Shown here in pieces: positions 41,348 through 50,850 of a stretch of DNA of 64,000 nt (its first letter is position 1; each line of letters begins with the position of its first letter). Location of the stretch: assembly GCA_965198065.1 (NCBI GenBank), contig CBDAON010000004.1, forward strand, positions 1,376,001 to 1,440,000, given 5' to 3'. The position numbers were made by a program, and so were the translations under genes. The notes under the pieces are model-generated. The model made no database searches. It saw nothing but the letters and a program-made list of their open reading frames with translations, and had not been told where the DNA came from. This DNA is from Longimicrobiales bacterium (GTDB taxonomy: Bacteria > Gemmatimonadota > Gemmatimonadetes > Longimicrobiales > Gaopeijiaceae).

Positions 41348-43126
41348 ATGATGGTCACCGGTTGGGTTCTTTACGCCTTGGCGGTCAGCCTCCTGGTCAC
41401 GGGCGCCGCCTGGTTCCTGGAGCGAGGGCTGGCGCGTGCTCGCCTCCCCACTCGCTGGATGTGGGGTGCGGCTCTCTTCGTGTCGGTAGCGATTCCCCTT
41501 GCGGCATTCCTTCCGGGCCGGGGCGTGGACCAGGGCGTGCCAGGAATCTCCGCCGTCGGTACGTCGGGTGGAAGCGGAGTCGCGACCCCCGCGCCGAGGC
41601 AAACGGGAATCGTGGGTCGCGTGCTCGTCGAGTGGCCGGTCGGCACCACTCGCACGGCCGCCCGCTGGGTGAGCCGCGTGCTGGACCGCGGAGCGGGGGC
41701 GATCCCCGCCGGCCCGGCGGTGGAGCGCTGGACCATCGGCGTCTGGCTGTCGGGCTCCGGCTTCCTCGCGGTCTTCCTCCTCGTGGCCACGGGTCGGATG
41801 TCCGCGCGGAAGCGGCGGTGGCCCCGCTGGGAACTACGAAACCGGCAGGTCCGTGTGGCTCCGGAGATGGGCCCGGCCGTGGTGGGCGTGCTCCGTCCGG
41901 AGATCGTCATCCCGACCTGGGCCGTCACCCTCCCGCCCAAGGACCTCGAGCTGATCCTGGCCCACGAGGAGGAACACCTGAGGGCCCGGGACCCGCTCCT
42001 CCTGGCGGCCTCCCTCGTCCCCCTCCTCGCCTGTCCCTGGAACCCGGCCGTGTGGTGGAAGCTTGGGAAGTTGAGGGAGGCCGTCGAGGTGGACTGCGAT
42101 CGCCGGGTGCTGCGCCGCGGCGCCACGCCCAGCAGCTACGGGCAGCTCCTGGTTCGCGTGGGAAATCGCGGGCATGCGCGGGTGTGTCCGTCACCGGCCA
42201 TCTCGGGCTCGCGCCCGCTGCTCCTCAAGCGCCTCGAAGCGATGAGACGCCGTCCGGCGCGTGCGCGGATTCCGGTGGCGCTCGCCGCGGGCGCCGGTTC
42301 CCTTGCGCTGGTCGTGGTCGCGCTTCAGGCGGACACCCCGATGCCCATTCGATCCGCGGAGCCCGTGGTGGCGGCCCAAACGGTGGGGCCGATGGTTCCG
42401 GCTTGGTCGCTGGTCACGGAGGCGCCGGCCGACGAGCCGGGCGTGCTCTCCGCGAACGTGGGACCGGAGCAACCGGAAACGGCATCCGTGGTGGAATCGG
42501 TCGCCGATCCGGCGGAGGAGCCGGGCGAAGAGGCGCCGACCGAGCCACCGTCGGTTGACGAGGCACCGATCGAGCCCACGGGCGACGAGGACGTAACGAC
42601 GTTCGCCTTGGACCAGCCTGCCGTGGAGCCCGAGGCTTCGGACCTCGAGGGCCTTCGGGCTCGGATCATGGACGAGGCCGCGGAGCTCGGCCTACCGAGC
42701 GTATCCCCTCCTCCGCAACGGGAAGTCGCCCCCGACGACCCGCCGGCACCCGAGGTAACGGAGGCGTACGACACGTACCCTGAGCCCCCGGCCGAGGCCC
42801 AGCCCCTCTACACGTCCTACTCGGTCCCCACCTCCTTTGAGGCACCGCCGGACGTGCGGAACCGCACCGAGGTTCAGCGGGCGCTGTCACTCGAGTACCC
42901 TTCGCTACTACGCGACGCGCGGGTCGGCGGCACGGTGCTGATCCGCTTCCACGTCGACGAGCGAGGATTCGTGTCGGAGACCCTCGTAGAGAGGAGCTCC
43001 GGGTACGCCCAGCTGGACGTCGCCGCGCTCCGTGTCGCTCAACGGTTCGAGTTCACGCCCGTCGTGAGCGGAGAGGAGGCGGTTCCCGCCTGGCTCCTGG
43101 TGCCCATCACGTTCCAGGCGGAGTAA
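41348..43126 (+). CDS. M56 (BlaR1-like) peptidase fused to a TonB C-terminal domain
   Basis: GPAVVG..P.IVIP.W, LAHEEEH, PWNP..W, EVDCDRRVL; acidic Pro-rich linker; YP.LLRDA.VGGTV...LDVAALRVA. Confidence 0.9.
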   Translation: MMVTGWVLYALAVSLLVTGAAWFLERGLARARLPTRWMWGAALFVSVAIPLAAFLPGRGVDQGVPGISAVGTSGGSGVATPAPRQTGIVGRVLVEWPVGTTRTAARWVSRVLDRGAGAIPAGPAVERWTIGVWLSGSGFLAVFLLVATGRMSARKRRWPRWELRNRQVRVAPEMGPAVVGVLRPEIVIPTWAVTLPPKDLELILAHEEEHLRARDPLLLAASLVPLLACPWNPAVWWKLGKLREAVEVDCDRRVLRRGATPSSYGQLLVRVGNRGHARVCPSPAISGSRPLLLKRLEAMRRRPARARIPVALAAGAGSLALVVVALQADTPMPIRSAEPVVAAQTVGPMVPAWSLVTEAPADEPGVLSANVGPEQPETASVVESVADPAEEPGEEAPTEPPSVDEAPIEPTGDEDVTTFALDQPAVEPEASDLEGLRARIMDEAAELGLPSVSPPPQREVAPDDPPAPEVTEAYDTYPEPPAEAQPLYTSYSVPTSFEAPPDVRNRTEVQRALSLEYPSLLRDARVGGTVLIRFHVDERGFVSETLVERSSGYAQLDVAALRVAQRFEFTPVVSGEEAVPAWLLVPITFQAE

Positions 43127-43221
43127 CGCGCCGCCGGTCTCTCCGTCGACAGGGCGACGTGGGCCGCCCTGCCCCCCGGTGATGCCTCACGAAGGACCGG
43201 CTGCCGAGGGGTGATGCCCTC

Positions 43222-43249
43222 TTGTTCTTCCTCTGCGGCGTGCTAGGTT
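43222..43249 (+). promoter_or_regulatory. Putative promoter for the intergenic RNA
   Basis: TTGTTC-16bp-TAGGTT with TG extended -10; the predicted start coincides with the hairpin at 43256. Confidence 0.5.
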
Positions 43250-43255
43250 CGGGCC

Positions 43256-43546
43256 GTCCCCTTCGGGGGACTGGGCCGGGGCATGTCGGACCCAGGTGTC
43301 CGGGCGCGCCGGACCGCGGGGCACAGACCCCGCCGGAGCCGAGCCCGATGAAGACCCCGAAAAAGGAGGTGATCCTTGTCTAGCCCCAGTAGTCCATCCA
43401 GCCTGGCACGGGCAAGCGGTCGCCGTTTCGGCCTGTAGTCAGCCGAAAGATCGCTCGCTGTTCAAGCCGAACGCGCTGACTGCGCTGGGCTGGACGGCGT
43501 TACGGGAGGGGTCGCCGACGTAGCACGTCGGCGGCCCCTGCCCTTT
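43256..43546 (+). ncRNA. Candidate structured sRNA or small-ORF mRNA with perfect anti-anti-SD
   Basis: Hairpins gtcccc-ttcg-ggggac, gtccgg/ccggac, gcgggg/ccccgc, tttcggc/gccgaaa, tccagcc/ggctgga; AAAGGAGGTGATCC at 43362-43375. Confidence 0.55.
43508..43546 (+). terminator. Intrinsic terminator-like hairpin between convergent units
   Basis: ggggtcgccgacgt-agc-acgtcggcggcccc 14-bp stem followed by tgcccttt. Confidence 0.7.
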
Positions 43547-43588
43547 CTCGGGTGTCGGACGAAGGCGTCGAGCCAGACCAAGGCGCCG

Positions 43589-44170
43589 TCAGGCGGAGAA
43601 GTAGTCCGGCTCGTTTCCCGGCTTCCACTTGATATTGCAACCCAGGCCCGGCACCTGGTCCTCCGGGATCGGCCGGCCCTCGAGGAGGGCGTCGACCGCC
43701 GCCCGCAGATCCTCTCCCGTCACGGAGATCTCGCTCCCCGGACGGCTGGGGTCGAACTGGCCCCGGTACACCACTCTCCTGTCCCCGTCCAGGAGGAAGA
43801 AGTCCGGCGTGCACGCGGCCCGGTACGCTCTGGCTACCTCCTGGCTCTCGTCCACGAGGTACGGAAACGTGTAATCGGCCTCCTCCGCCTCCTGCATCAT
43901 CCCCTCCGGGCTATCATCGGGGTACTGCTGAGCATCATTCGAGTTGATGGCCACGATCGCGAGGCCGCGGGCCTGGTATTCCCGGGCGAACTCGGCGACG
44001 CCGCTTCGCACGTGCTTCACGAACGGGCAGTGGGGACAGAGGAACATCACGAGGAGCCCCGGCGCCTCCCGAGAGTCGGCCATGGACACCACGCGACCGT
44101 GAGGGTCGGGGAGCGAGAACGTGGGTCCGTGGGTCCCGAGCGGAAGCATGGTCGAGGTGACGCGAGTCAT
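43589..44170 (-). CDS. Thioredoxin-family (AhpC/TSA-like) protein
   Basis: FLCPHCPFVKH, INSND..YPDDSP, AACTPDFF, YRGQFD, GCNIKWK. Confidence 0.92.
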   Translation of the reverse strand: MTRVTSTMLPLGTHGPTFSLPDPHGRVVSMADSREAPGLLVMFLCPHCPFVKHVRSGVAEFAREYQARGLAIVAINSNDAQQYPDDSPEGMMQEAEEADYTFPYLVDESQEVARAYRAACTPDFFLLDGDRRVVYRGQFDPSRPGSEISVTGEDLRAAVDALLEGRPIPEDQVPGLGCNIKWKPGNEPDYFSA

Positions 44171-44212
44171 AGCCAGCTCCTGCGTTCGGATGAGCGCGCG
44201 GGTAGACGCCGT

Positions 44213-44608
44213 TCAGCGGGGGGGGATGATCCGTTCGATGGTGCTCAGGAAGTCTTCCAACAAAAACGGCTTCGGGAATGTGGCCGACGCCCCGAGCATG
44301 CGCGCGTCCGCCAGCGGCCTCGCGTCCTCTCCGCCGCCAGCACCCGAGACGGCAACGATCGCCAGGTCGGGGAAGCGCTCCCTGAGCTCCATGATCGTTT
44401 CGATCCCCTCCTTCTCCGGCATCAACAGATCCGTCACCACGATGTCGGGTTGGGTCGTCTCGATCAACGGGAGGCCCACCGATCCGTCTTCAGCCTCGAC
44501 GACGGAGTGCCCGGCCCGCTCCAGCACCTTCCGCATCACGCCCCGGAGCGCGCCGTCGTCGTCGATCACCAAGATTGTCGCCACGCCGCCACTCGTTGTC
44601 TGCCTCAC
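44213..44608 (-). CDS. Single-domain response regulator
   Basis: ILVIDDD, VTDLLMPEKEG, AVSG, KPF. Confidence 0.9.
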   Translation of the reverse strand: MRQTTSGGVATILVIDDDGALRGVMRKVLERAGHSVVEAEDGSVGLPLIETTQPDIVVTDLLMPEKEGIETIMELRERFPDLAIVAVSGAGGGEDARPLADARMLGASATFPKPFLLEDFLSTIERIIPPR

Positions 44609-44659
44609 GGTCCGCCTAGGCTCGGCTTTGCCCCAGAGCCCGGAGCCGGACGTGGGTCG

Positions 44660-45142
44660 CTAGTCCACGAGTCCCAGCTGTTGCGGGAGGGTGACCAGCG
44701 CCTTGACTTGGTAGCGCCGCTCCCCGCGCGGAAGCCGGATCGTGACCGTTTCCCCCGGCCGGGACCCGATCAGGCTCTGCCCGATGGGCGACGCCAGCGA
44801 GACCTGGCCACCATCCAGGTCCATGTAATCTCCCGCCACGAGCGTGACCGTCATCTCCTCCCTCACCTCCAGCTCGAGGAGCGTGACGCGGGAGCCGAAC
44901 CCGGCGCGGTCGGCCGGCATGGCCTTCACGTCGATGCGAGAAAGCTCTGACAGCCGTCTCGACAGGTGCCCGATACGTGCCTCGACGAACTCCTTCCGCT
45001 CGATCGCGGATTTGTGCTCCGAGTTCTCGCGGAGGTCGCCCAGCTCGAGCGCCTTGCCGATGGCCTCCGGCAGGATCACGCGCAATTCGTGCGTGAGGCT
45101 CTCGACCTCGGCCTCGATCCGCGCCTTGATCTCGTCCAGCAT
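44660..45142 (-). CDS. greA: Transcription elongation factor GreA/GreB
   Basis: A.ELGDLRENSE, FGSRV, SLASPIGQSLIG. Confidence 0.88.
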   Translation of the reverse strand: MLDEIKARIEAEVESLTHELRVILPEAIGKALELGDLRENSEHKSAIERKEFVEARIGHLSRRLSELSRIDVKAMPADRAGFGSRVTLLELEVREEMTVTLVAGDYMDLDGGQVSLASPIGQSLIGSRPGETVTIRLPRGERRYQVKALVTLPQQLGLVD

Positions 45143-45330
45143 TCGGGATCCGTCGTCTGCGATCTCAAGAAGTGGTGGAAGCTCTACGGCAAGTCACCAA
45201 CCTACAACCCACTCGTTTCCGGCGGGAGAGGCCGCGCCCGAGGTTGAGTCCGGACTGTCCCGATGGTACCCTACGAATGAGACTCCCGAAGAACATCGTG
45301 CGCTCCCGATCTGTTCCCTCACGGGCCCCG

Positions 45331-45702
45331 ATGCAGAGAGACACTCGCCAGCGTCGCGCGATTAGGAGAACGCTCGAGGAGGTCGGGCACCCCTTGAGCC
45401 CCCGTGAGCTTTTCGAAGCCGCGCGGGAGCACGTCGAGGGACTCGGTATCGCGACGGTGTACCGGAACCTGAAGTCGCTCCAGGACGAGGGATCCGTCAC
45501 CCCTGTGGAGCTTCCCGGCGAGCCGCCACGATACGAGTTGGCGGGCAAGCGTCATCATCATCACTTCCACTGTCGGAGCTGCGATCGCGTGCTCGAGGTG
45601 GAGGGATGCATCCCGGAGCTCGGAGCCTCCGCTCCCGAAGGCTTCGAGTTGGAGAATCACGAGGTGGTGCTCTACGGCCTCTGCGACGCCTGCGCGGCCT
45701 GA
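45331..45702 (+). CDS. Fur-family metalloregulator
   Basis: TRQRRAI, IATVYRNL, HHHHFHCRSC, YGLCDAC. Confidence 0.92.
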   Translation: MQRDTRQRRAIRRTLEEVGHPLSPRELFEAAREHVEGLGIATVYRNLKSLQDEGSVTPVELPGEPPRYELAGKRHHHHFHCRSCDRVLEVEGCIPELGASAPEGFELENHEVVLYGLCDACAA

Positions 45703-45821
45703 GTCGGCCTTCCCCATCTCAGCTTCGCGACCGACTGACCGCCGCACTGACCTCATCTCGCTAGCCCCAGCGAGTTCGCCGACGGCCGGAGTCCGGGCCA
45801 ACCTCTGCGCCGGACCCCCGC

Positions 45822-46322
45822 TCACGACGGCCCGACGGACGGGTCGGAATTGCGGAGTACGGACTCGGCCTGGTCCTTCCTGTACTGGCGGAGCCTCTCG
45901 CGGAGCCCCGAGTCGCCGGTGGCCAGGATCGCCGCGGCCAGGAGGGCGGCATTGATCGCACCCGCCCGTCCAATCGCGAGGGTCCCCACCGGAACGCCTC
46001 CGGGCATCTGGACGATGGAGAGGAGGGAGTCCAGCCCCTGAAGCGCGCGCGACTGGACCGGGACGCCAAGGACGGGGATCAGGGTCTTGCTGGCCGTCAC
46101 GCCGGCCAGGTGCGCGGCGCCTCCGGCGCCGGCGATGATCACCTTGAGCCCCCGCTCCTCGGCGGAGGAAGCGTACTGAAAGAGGACGTCCGGTGTCCGA
46201 TGTGCCGAGACCACCTTCACCTCGTGCGGCACCGCGAGCGCCTCGAGGGTCTCAGCGGCGTGGGACATCGTCTCCCAGTCCGAGCGGGAGCCCATGATCA
46301 CGCCCACCAGGGGTGAAGGCAT
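45822..46322 (-). CDS. purE: N5-CAIR mutase
   Basis: [41 protein letters not shown]. Confidence 0.97.
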   Translation of the reverse strand: MPSPLVGVIMGSRSDWETMSHAAETLEALAVPHEVKVVSAHRTPDVLFQYASSAEERGLKVIIAGAGGAAHLAGVTASKTLIPVLGVPVQSRALQGLDSLLSIVQMPGGVPVGTLAIGRAGAINAALLAAAILATGDSGLRERLRQYRKDQAESVLRNSDPSVGPS

Positions 46323-46528
46323 ACGCTGGTCGGTTCGCGGGTTGACGGTGCGACCCTCCGGCTCTCGGAGCCCTGCATGGTGCGAGGCCGGCTCGGCGGG
46401 GTCAAGGCCGGTGGGGCGAGAAACCTTCCCTTCCCTAGCCGGTAATCCCTCGATCCACGCGCGGTCCGGAAGCCTCCAGGACCGTCTCCGTTTCAGCCAC
46501 TGACCCGGCCACGCAGGAGCGCCTCGCC

Positions 46529-48907
46529 GTGAGCTCGACCCCCACCCCCTCCGGCCAGGCGGGGCCCCGGTCTGTCGAACGAGTGAGCCCGCTGCCCTGG
46601 CCCGCGGGCGACGCGCGTCTTATGCCCTTCCTCCCCCTCGTCTACGTCGCGTGGTCCGACGGAATCCTCTCGGCGCGCGAGCTAGACCGTGTCCGGGAGG
46701 AGCTCGGAACCGTAGAAGACCTCGATCCCAAGCGGCGGGATGTCCTGGAGAGCTGGCTCCAGGCCGAGTCGCCGCCGTCGCCCGTGGCGCTCGCGGAGCT
46801 CCGGGAAGTGATCCGCGGCCTCGCCCCCATGATCTCGCCCGACGAGCGGCGGTCCCTCACCTCCCTCGGCGTGGGCATGGCGCGGGTCAAGGAAGGGGGG
46901 AGTGGAGAGTGGGGGACAGCCCGCGGGATGAAGGCCCTCGAGGGGATCGAGGAGCTTCTCGGCATCCTTGGAGCGGAGGCCGCACGGGAGCTCACGGCCC
47001 CGGACGAGGGCGCCGCGGGTCCCGCGCCGGAGGCGAGGGCCCCCGCTCTCCCGGAGGCACGACTCAGGTCCCTTCTCCAGGAACCCCATCCGGAGCTCCG
47101 GCAGCGCGTCATGGGCCTCCTCCGTGATCCCGAGGTGCGGGTCCCCGATGGCCTGCCGACACCGGAGGCGAGAGAGCGGGTCCTCCACGCGGTGCGGCGG
47201 CTCGCCCGCGAGGGCCTGGGCGGCATCGCCTACCCCGTAGAGGTCGGCGGAGGCGGGGACGTTCTCGGGTCACTGGTGGTGTTCGAGACCCTCGGCTTCG
47301 GGAACCTGTCGGTCCTAATCAAGTACGGCGTCCAGTTCGGTCTCTTCGGCGGAAGCGTGGCCCAGCTCGGAACGGAGGCCCACCACCGGAAGTACCTTAG
47401 CCGCATCGCGTCCCTCGAGATCCCGGGGATTTACGCGATGACCGAGCGGAACCACGGCTCGAACGTCTGGGACCTCGAGACCCTGGCCCGATACCTGCCA
47501 GACGCGGACGAGTTCGAGATCTCGACGCCCCACCCGGATGCCAGGAAGGACTGGCTTGGGAACGCCGCGCTGCACGGACGGATGGCGACGGTGTTCGCGC
47601 AGCTGGAGGTCGGTGGGGAGAGACACGGGGTCCACGCCTTCCTCGTCCCGGTGCGAGATGAAGAGGGGCACCCGCTCCCAGGTATCGGGATCGAGGACTG
47701 CGGTGAGAAGGTCGGGCTCCACGGGGTGGACAACGGCCGTCTCGAGCTCCGCGCGGTCCGGATCCCGCGCGAAAACCTGCTCGATCGCTTCGGCAAGGTT
47801 ACGGCCGACGGAAGCTACCGGAGCCCCATCGCTTCACCGGGGCGCCGCTTCTTCACTATGCTCGGAACGCTCGTGGCGGGGCGGATCTCGATTGCCCTAG
47901 GTTCGCTTTCCGCCGCAAAGACAGGGCTCGCGATCGCGATTCGCTACGGCGACCGCCGCCGGCAGTTCGGGCCGTCCGGCGAGCCCGAGGTGCCGATCCT
48001 CGACTATCTGGCGCAGCAGCGGGCCCTCTTCCCTGCCCTCGCCACGACATACGGGCTCCACTTCGCGGTTCGCGACCTGGCCCAAAGCTATGCCGACGGA
48101 GGAACCGACGAGGAGCGCGCGAGCGTCGAGTTGCTCGCAGCGGCGCTCAAGGCCCTCGCCTCGAGGAACGCGCTCGAGACCCTGCAGACGTGTCGGGAGG
48201 CGATGGGCGGTCGCGGCTACCTAGCGGCGAATCGGATCGGCTACCTCCGGGAGGACATCGACATCTTCACGACCTTCGAGGGCGCGAACGTGGTCCTCCT
48301 CCAGCTCGTCGCAAAGGGCCTCCTCACGGAATACCGGAACGAACTCGGCGATCTCCGATTGTTGGGCATCGTGAAGCACTTGGGGGAGCTGGCCGGAGAG
48401 GAGGCTCAGCGAAGGAACCCCGTGAGAAGCCGCCGCACCGGGGAGGACTTCCTCCGTGATCCCGAGACTCAGATGGACGCCTTCACGTTCAGGGAATCGC
48501 GACTGCGACACACGGTGGCGTGGCGCCTGAAGAGTCGAATTGACGAGGGAACGGACTCCTTCCGGGCCATGAACGAGTGCCAGGATCACCTGCTCGCCCT
48601 CGCCGGCGCCCACGGGGAGCGAATCGTCCTCGAGCGATTCCGAGCGGCGGTGGACCGGGCGAAGGCCTCCGAGGAGGCGCCGATTGCCGACATCCTCTCG
48701 CTCCTGGCCGATCTCTACGCGCTGAGCCGGCTGGAGCGGGACCGTGCCTGGTTCCAGGAGAGCGGCTATATGGAGGGCGGCCAGGGAAAAGCGATCCGGG
48801 GCCTCGTGAACGCACTCTGCGCCGACCTGAGGCCGTTCGCCGTCCAGCTCGTGGATGCGTTCGGGATCCCCGACGAGATCCTGGCTGCCCCGGACGCTAT
48901 CACGTAG
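46529..48907 (+). CDS. Acyl-CoA dehydrogenase/oxidase with N-terminal TerB-like extension
   Basis: [55 protein letters not shown]. Confidence 0.9.
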   Translation: MSSTPTPSGQAGPRSVERVSPLPWPAGDARLMPFLPLVYVAWSDGILSARELDRVREELGTVEDLDPKRRDVLESWLQAESPPSPVALAELREVIRGLAPMISPDERRSLTSLGVGMARVKEGGSGEWGTARGMKALEGIEELLGILGAEAARELTAPDEGAAGPAPEARAPALPEARLRSLLQEPHPELRQRVMGLLRDPEVRVPDGLPTPEARERVLHAVRRLAREGLGGIAYPVEVGGGGDVLGSLVVFETLGFGNLSVLIKYGVQFGLFGGSVAQLGTEAHHRKYLSRIASLEIPGIYAMTERNHGSNVWDLETLARYLPDADEFEISTPHPDARKDWLGNAALHGRMATVFAQLEVGGERHGVHAFLVPVRDEEGHPLPGIGIEDCGEKVGLHGVDNGRLELRAVRIPRENLLDRFGKVTADGSYRSPIASPGRRFFTMLGTLVAGRISIALGSLSAAKTGLAIAIRYGDRRRQFGPSGEPEVPILDYLAQQRALFPALATTYGLHFAVRDLAQSYADGGTDEERASVELLAAALKALASRNALETLQTCREAMGGRGYLAANRIGYLREDIDIFTTFEGANVVLLQLVAKGLLTEYRNELGDLRLLGIVKHLGELAGEEAQRRNPVRSRRTGEDFLRDPETQMDAFTFRESRLRHTVAWRLKSRIDEGTDSFRAMNECQDHLLALAGAHGERIVLERFRAAVDRAKASEEAPIADILSLLADLYALSRLERDRAWFQESGYMEGGQGKAIRGLVNALCADLRPFAVQLVDAFGIPDEILAAPDAIT

Positions 48908-48928
48908 CCACGCCCTTCAGCTCCGCCC

Positions 48929-49480
48929 TTAGTTCCGCCCTTCGCGGGAGTAGACGGCGGTCACTCCCTCCGACGTGAACGTGAGGACGTCGTACGGATC
49001 CCTGAGCCCCCCCATCTCCATCCCCGGTGATCCAACCGGCATGCCCGGAGCCGTGAGCCCCCTGACGGCGGGAGCTTCAGCCAGGAACTGCCGGACGACC
49101 TCGCCGGGGACGTGTCCCTCGACCACGTAGCCATTCACGAGCGCCGTGTGGCACGAGGCGATCTCGGGGCGGACGCCGAGCTCTTGCTTGACGGCAACCA
49201 TGTCGGCCCGGTACTCACGCGTTACCTCGAACCCCTGCGCGGTCATGTGCTCGACCCAGGCGCTGCAGCACCCGCAGGCCGGGTCCAGATAGACCGTCAC
49301 TGGAATGGGCTCCCCTTCTGCGAGCGGCACGGGAGTGCGAGCGACGTCCGCGGGAGCTTCCCCCGGGGGCGGGAACGCCGACTCCGCAGCTTCGCCGCCG
49401 ATTCCGACCCACAGGCCGGTCGTGATCGCCACGGCCAGGGTCAGGACTCCGCTCAGAACCAGGAGGGAACGTTTGCGCAT
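48929..49480 (-). CDS. DUF411 / CopG-like periplasmic metal-binding protein
   Basis: P.CGCCSAW, SCHTA..GY.VEGHVP, PGMPVGSPGME. Confidence 0.92.
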   Translation of the reverse strand: MRKRSLLVLSGVLTLAVAITTGLWVGIGGEAAESAFPPPGEAPADVARTPVPLAEGEPIPVTVYLDPACGCCSAWVEHMTAQGFEVTREYRADMVAVKQELGVRPEIASCHTALVNGYVVEGHVPGEVVRQFLAEAPAVRGLTAPGMPVGSPGMEMGGLRDPYDVLTFTSEGVTAVYSREGRN

Positions 49481-49766
49481 CGGATTCTCGGGGAGTGAGC
49501 TCGGGGGCCCCGGGCCGGGACCGGCGCGGGGGCCTCTCGGAATGTTGGGCGTGTCCGCTGGTACGAGCTCGGAGCCCGGAAGTTCCGTCAGCGGATCCCA
49601 CGGCGGCATGGGTGGGGCCGACCCTCCCAGGTTAGAAACGGATGTTTCGCTTTCCGTGGCGCTCGCATAGATTATGCTTTGCCGAGTGCCGAAACCGGGG
49701 GATTGGGCCCCGACAGTTCGGCCCAATACTGGAGATCCGATCGAAGACGCGCGAGGAGATGGGCTC

Positions 49767-50789
49767 ATGCTTCGTTCCTGCCTGAAAGCGGCATGCCTTC
49801 TGGCCCTCGTCATCGCCCCGGTGCGGCCGGGATGGGCGCAGCTACCGGTGCAAGACTGGACCCAGCGCCCGGACGCCCGGTCTCCGGCGGGGATCAGCGA
49901 CGACGGCCTCCTGGCCCCGCGAACCTTCGAGGTCGTCTACAGCGTTCGAACGACCAGCTACGAGGACATCCTGTTCGGAACGGACGCGGTTCCGCCCATT
50001 CTCATCCTTCTGGACTGGGACAACGTCCCCATCGGGATGACCCTCCAGCGCCACGAGATCGAGGTTAGAGCCGGCATCCTCGACTGGCTCGGCGCGTCGG
50101 TGCGGATCCCTCTCCAGCACACCTCGGTGGAGTTCGCGACCGACCAGGCCGTGGGGACCCCATCGTCGTTCGGAATGGGCGACATCGAACTTCGAGCGCT
50201 CTACAGCCTTCACGACATTTGGCCCTACCGGGCACACCTCATCGGGGGCGTCGTGATCCCCTCGGGCGTGGTGAACCACAAGGGGGAGCTACCGGGTCGG
50301 CCGGGGGTCGAGGTGACCCTGCCCTACACGATGCAGCCCAGCGACGGCACGTTCGCGCTGCTCCCGGGGGCCGTGCTCGTGGCGGAGAACGAGTCGGGCA
50401 CGGTCGGCCTCCACTGGGACGCCCGGATCCCGATCGGAGACAACGGCAGAAACTGGACGCGGGGCAATGAGTTCAGTACGAACGTCTGGATGGCGTATCG
50501 GTTCACGGATTGGGTGAGTGGCTCGTTGCGGCTGCACTACCGAAGCGTCGGGAACGTGGACGGCATCGACGTTCTCGTGAACCCGTTCGGCTCGCCCATG
50601 GGGCACCCCCTCCTACAGGGAGGGCAGCGACTCGACGTTCCGGTCGGCGTGAACATCCTCTTTCCAGAGGGCCCGCTTGCCGCCAACCGGATCTCGGCCG
50701 AGTTCGTGATTCCGATGCACCAGGATCTGGACGGTCCCCAGATTGCGGCGAACTACGGCCTGGCGTTCACCTGGGGCGTGATGTTCTGA
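49767..50789 (+). CDS. Outer-membrane beta-barrel transporter-like protein
   Basis: Signal peptide, RPDARSPAGI, GMGDI, LPYTMQP.DGT, QDLDGPQ, terminal Phe. Confidence 0.7.
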   Translation: MLRSCLKAACLLALVIAPVRPGWAQLPVQDWTQRPDARSPAGISDDGLLAPRTFEVVYSVRTTSYEDILFGTDAVPPILILLDWDNVPIGMTLQRHEIEVRAGILDWLGASVRIPLQHTSVEFATDQAVGTPSSFGMGDIELRALYSLHDIWPYRAHLIGGVVIPSGVVNHKGELPGRPGVEVTLPYTMQPSDGTFALLPGAVLVAENESGTVGLHWDARIPIGDNGRNWTRGNEFSTNVWMAYRFTDWVSGSLRLHYRSVGNVDGIDVLVNPFGSPMGHPLLQGGQRLDVPVGVNILFPEGPLAANRISAEFVIPMHQDLDGPQIAANYGLAFTWGVMF

Positions 50790-50850
50790 GGCTTGCCGGG
50801 CGGGGTCGCTCCCGGCGTGACCGACCCGCTATCGGCCTGGAACCGATCTG

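Noticed and set aside
43362..43375. Fragment of a minus-strand 16S rRNA gene
   Set aside because: The match is limited to 14 nt and the flanks do not continue as 16S sequence.
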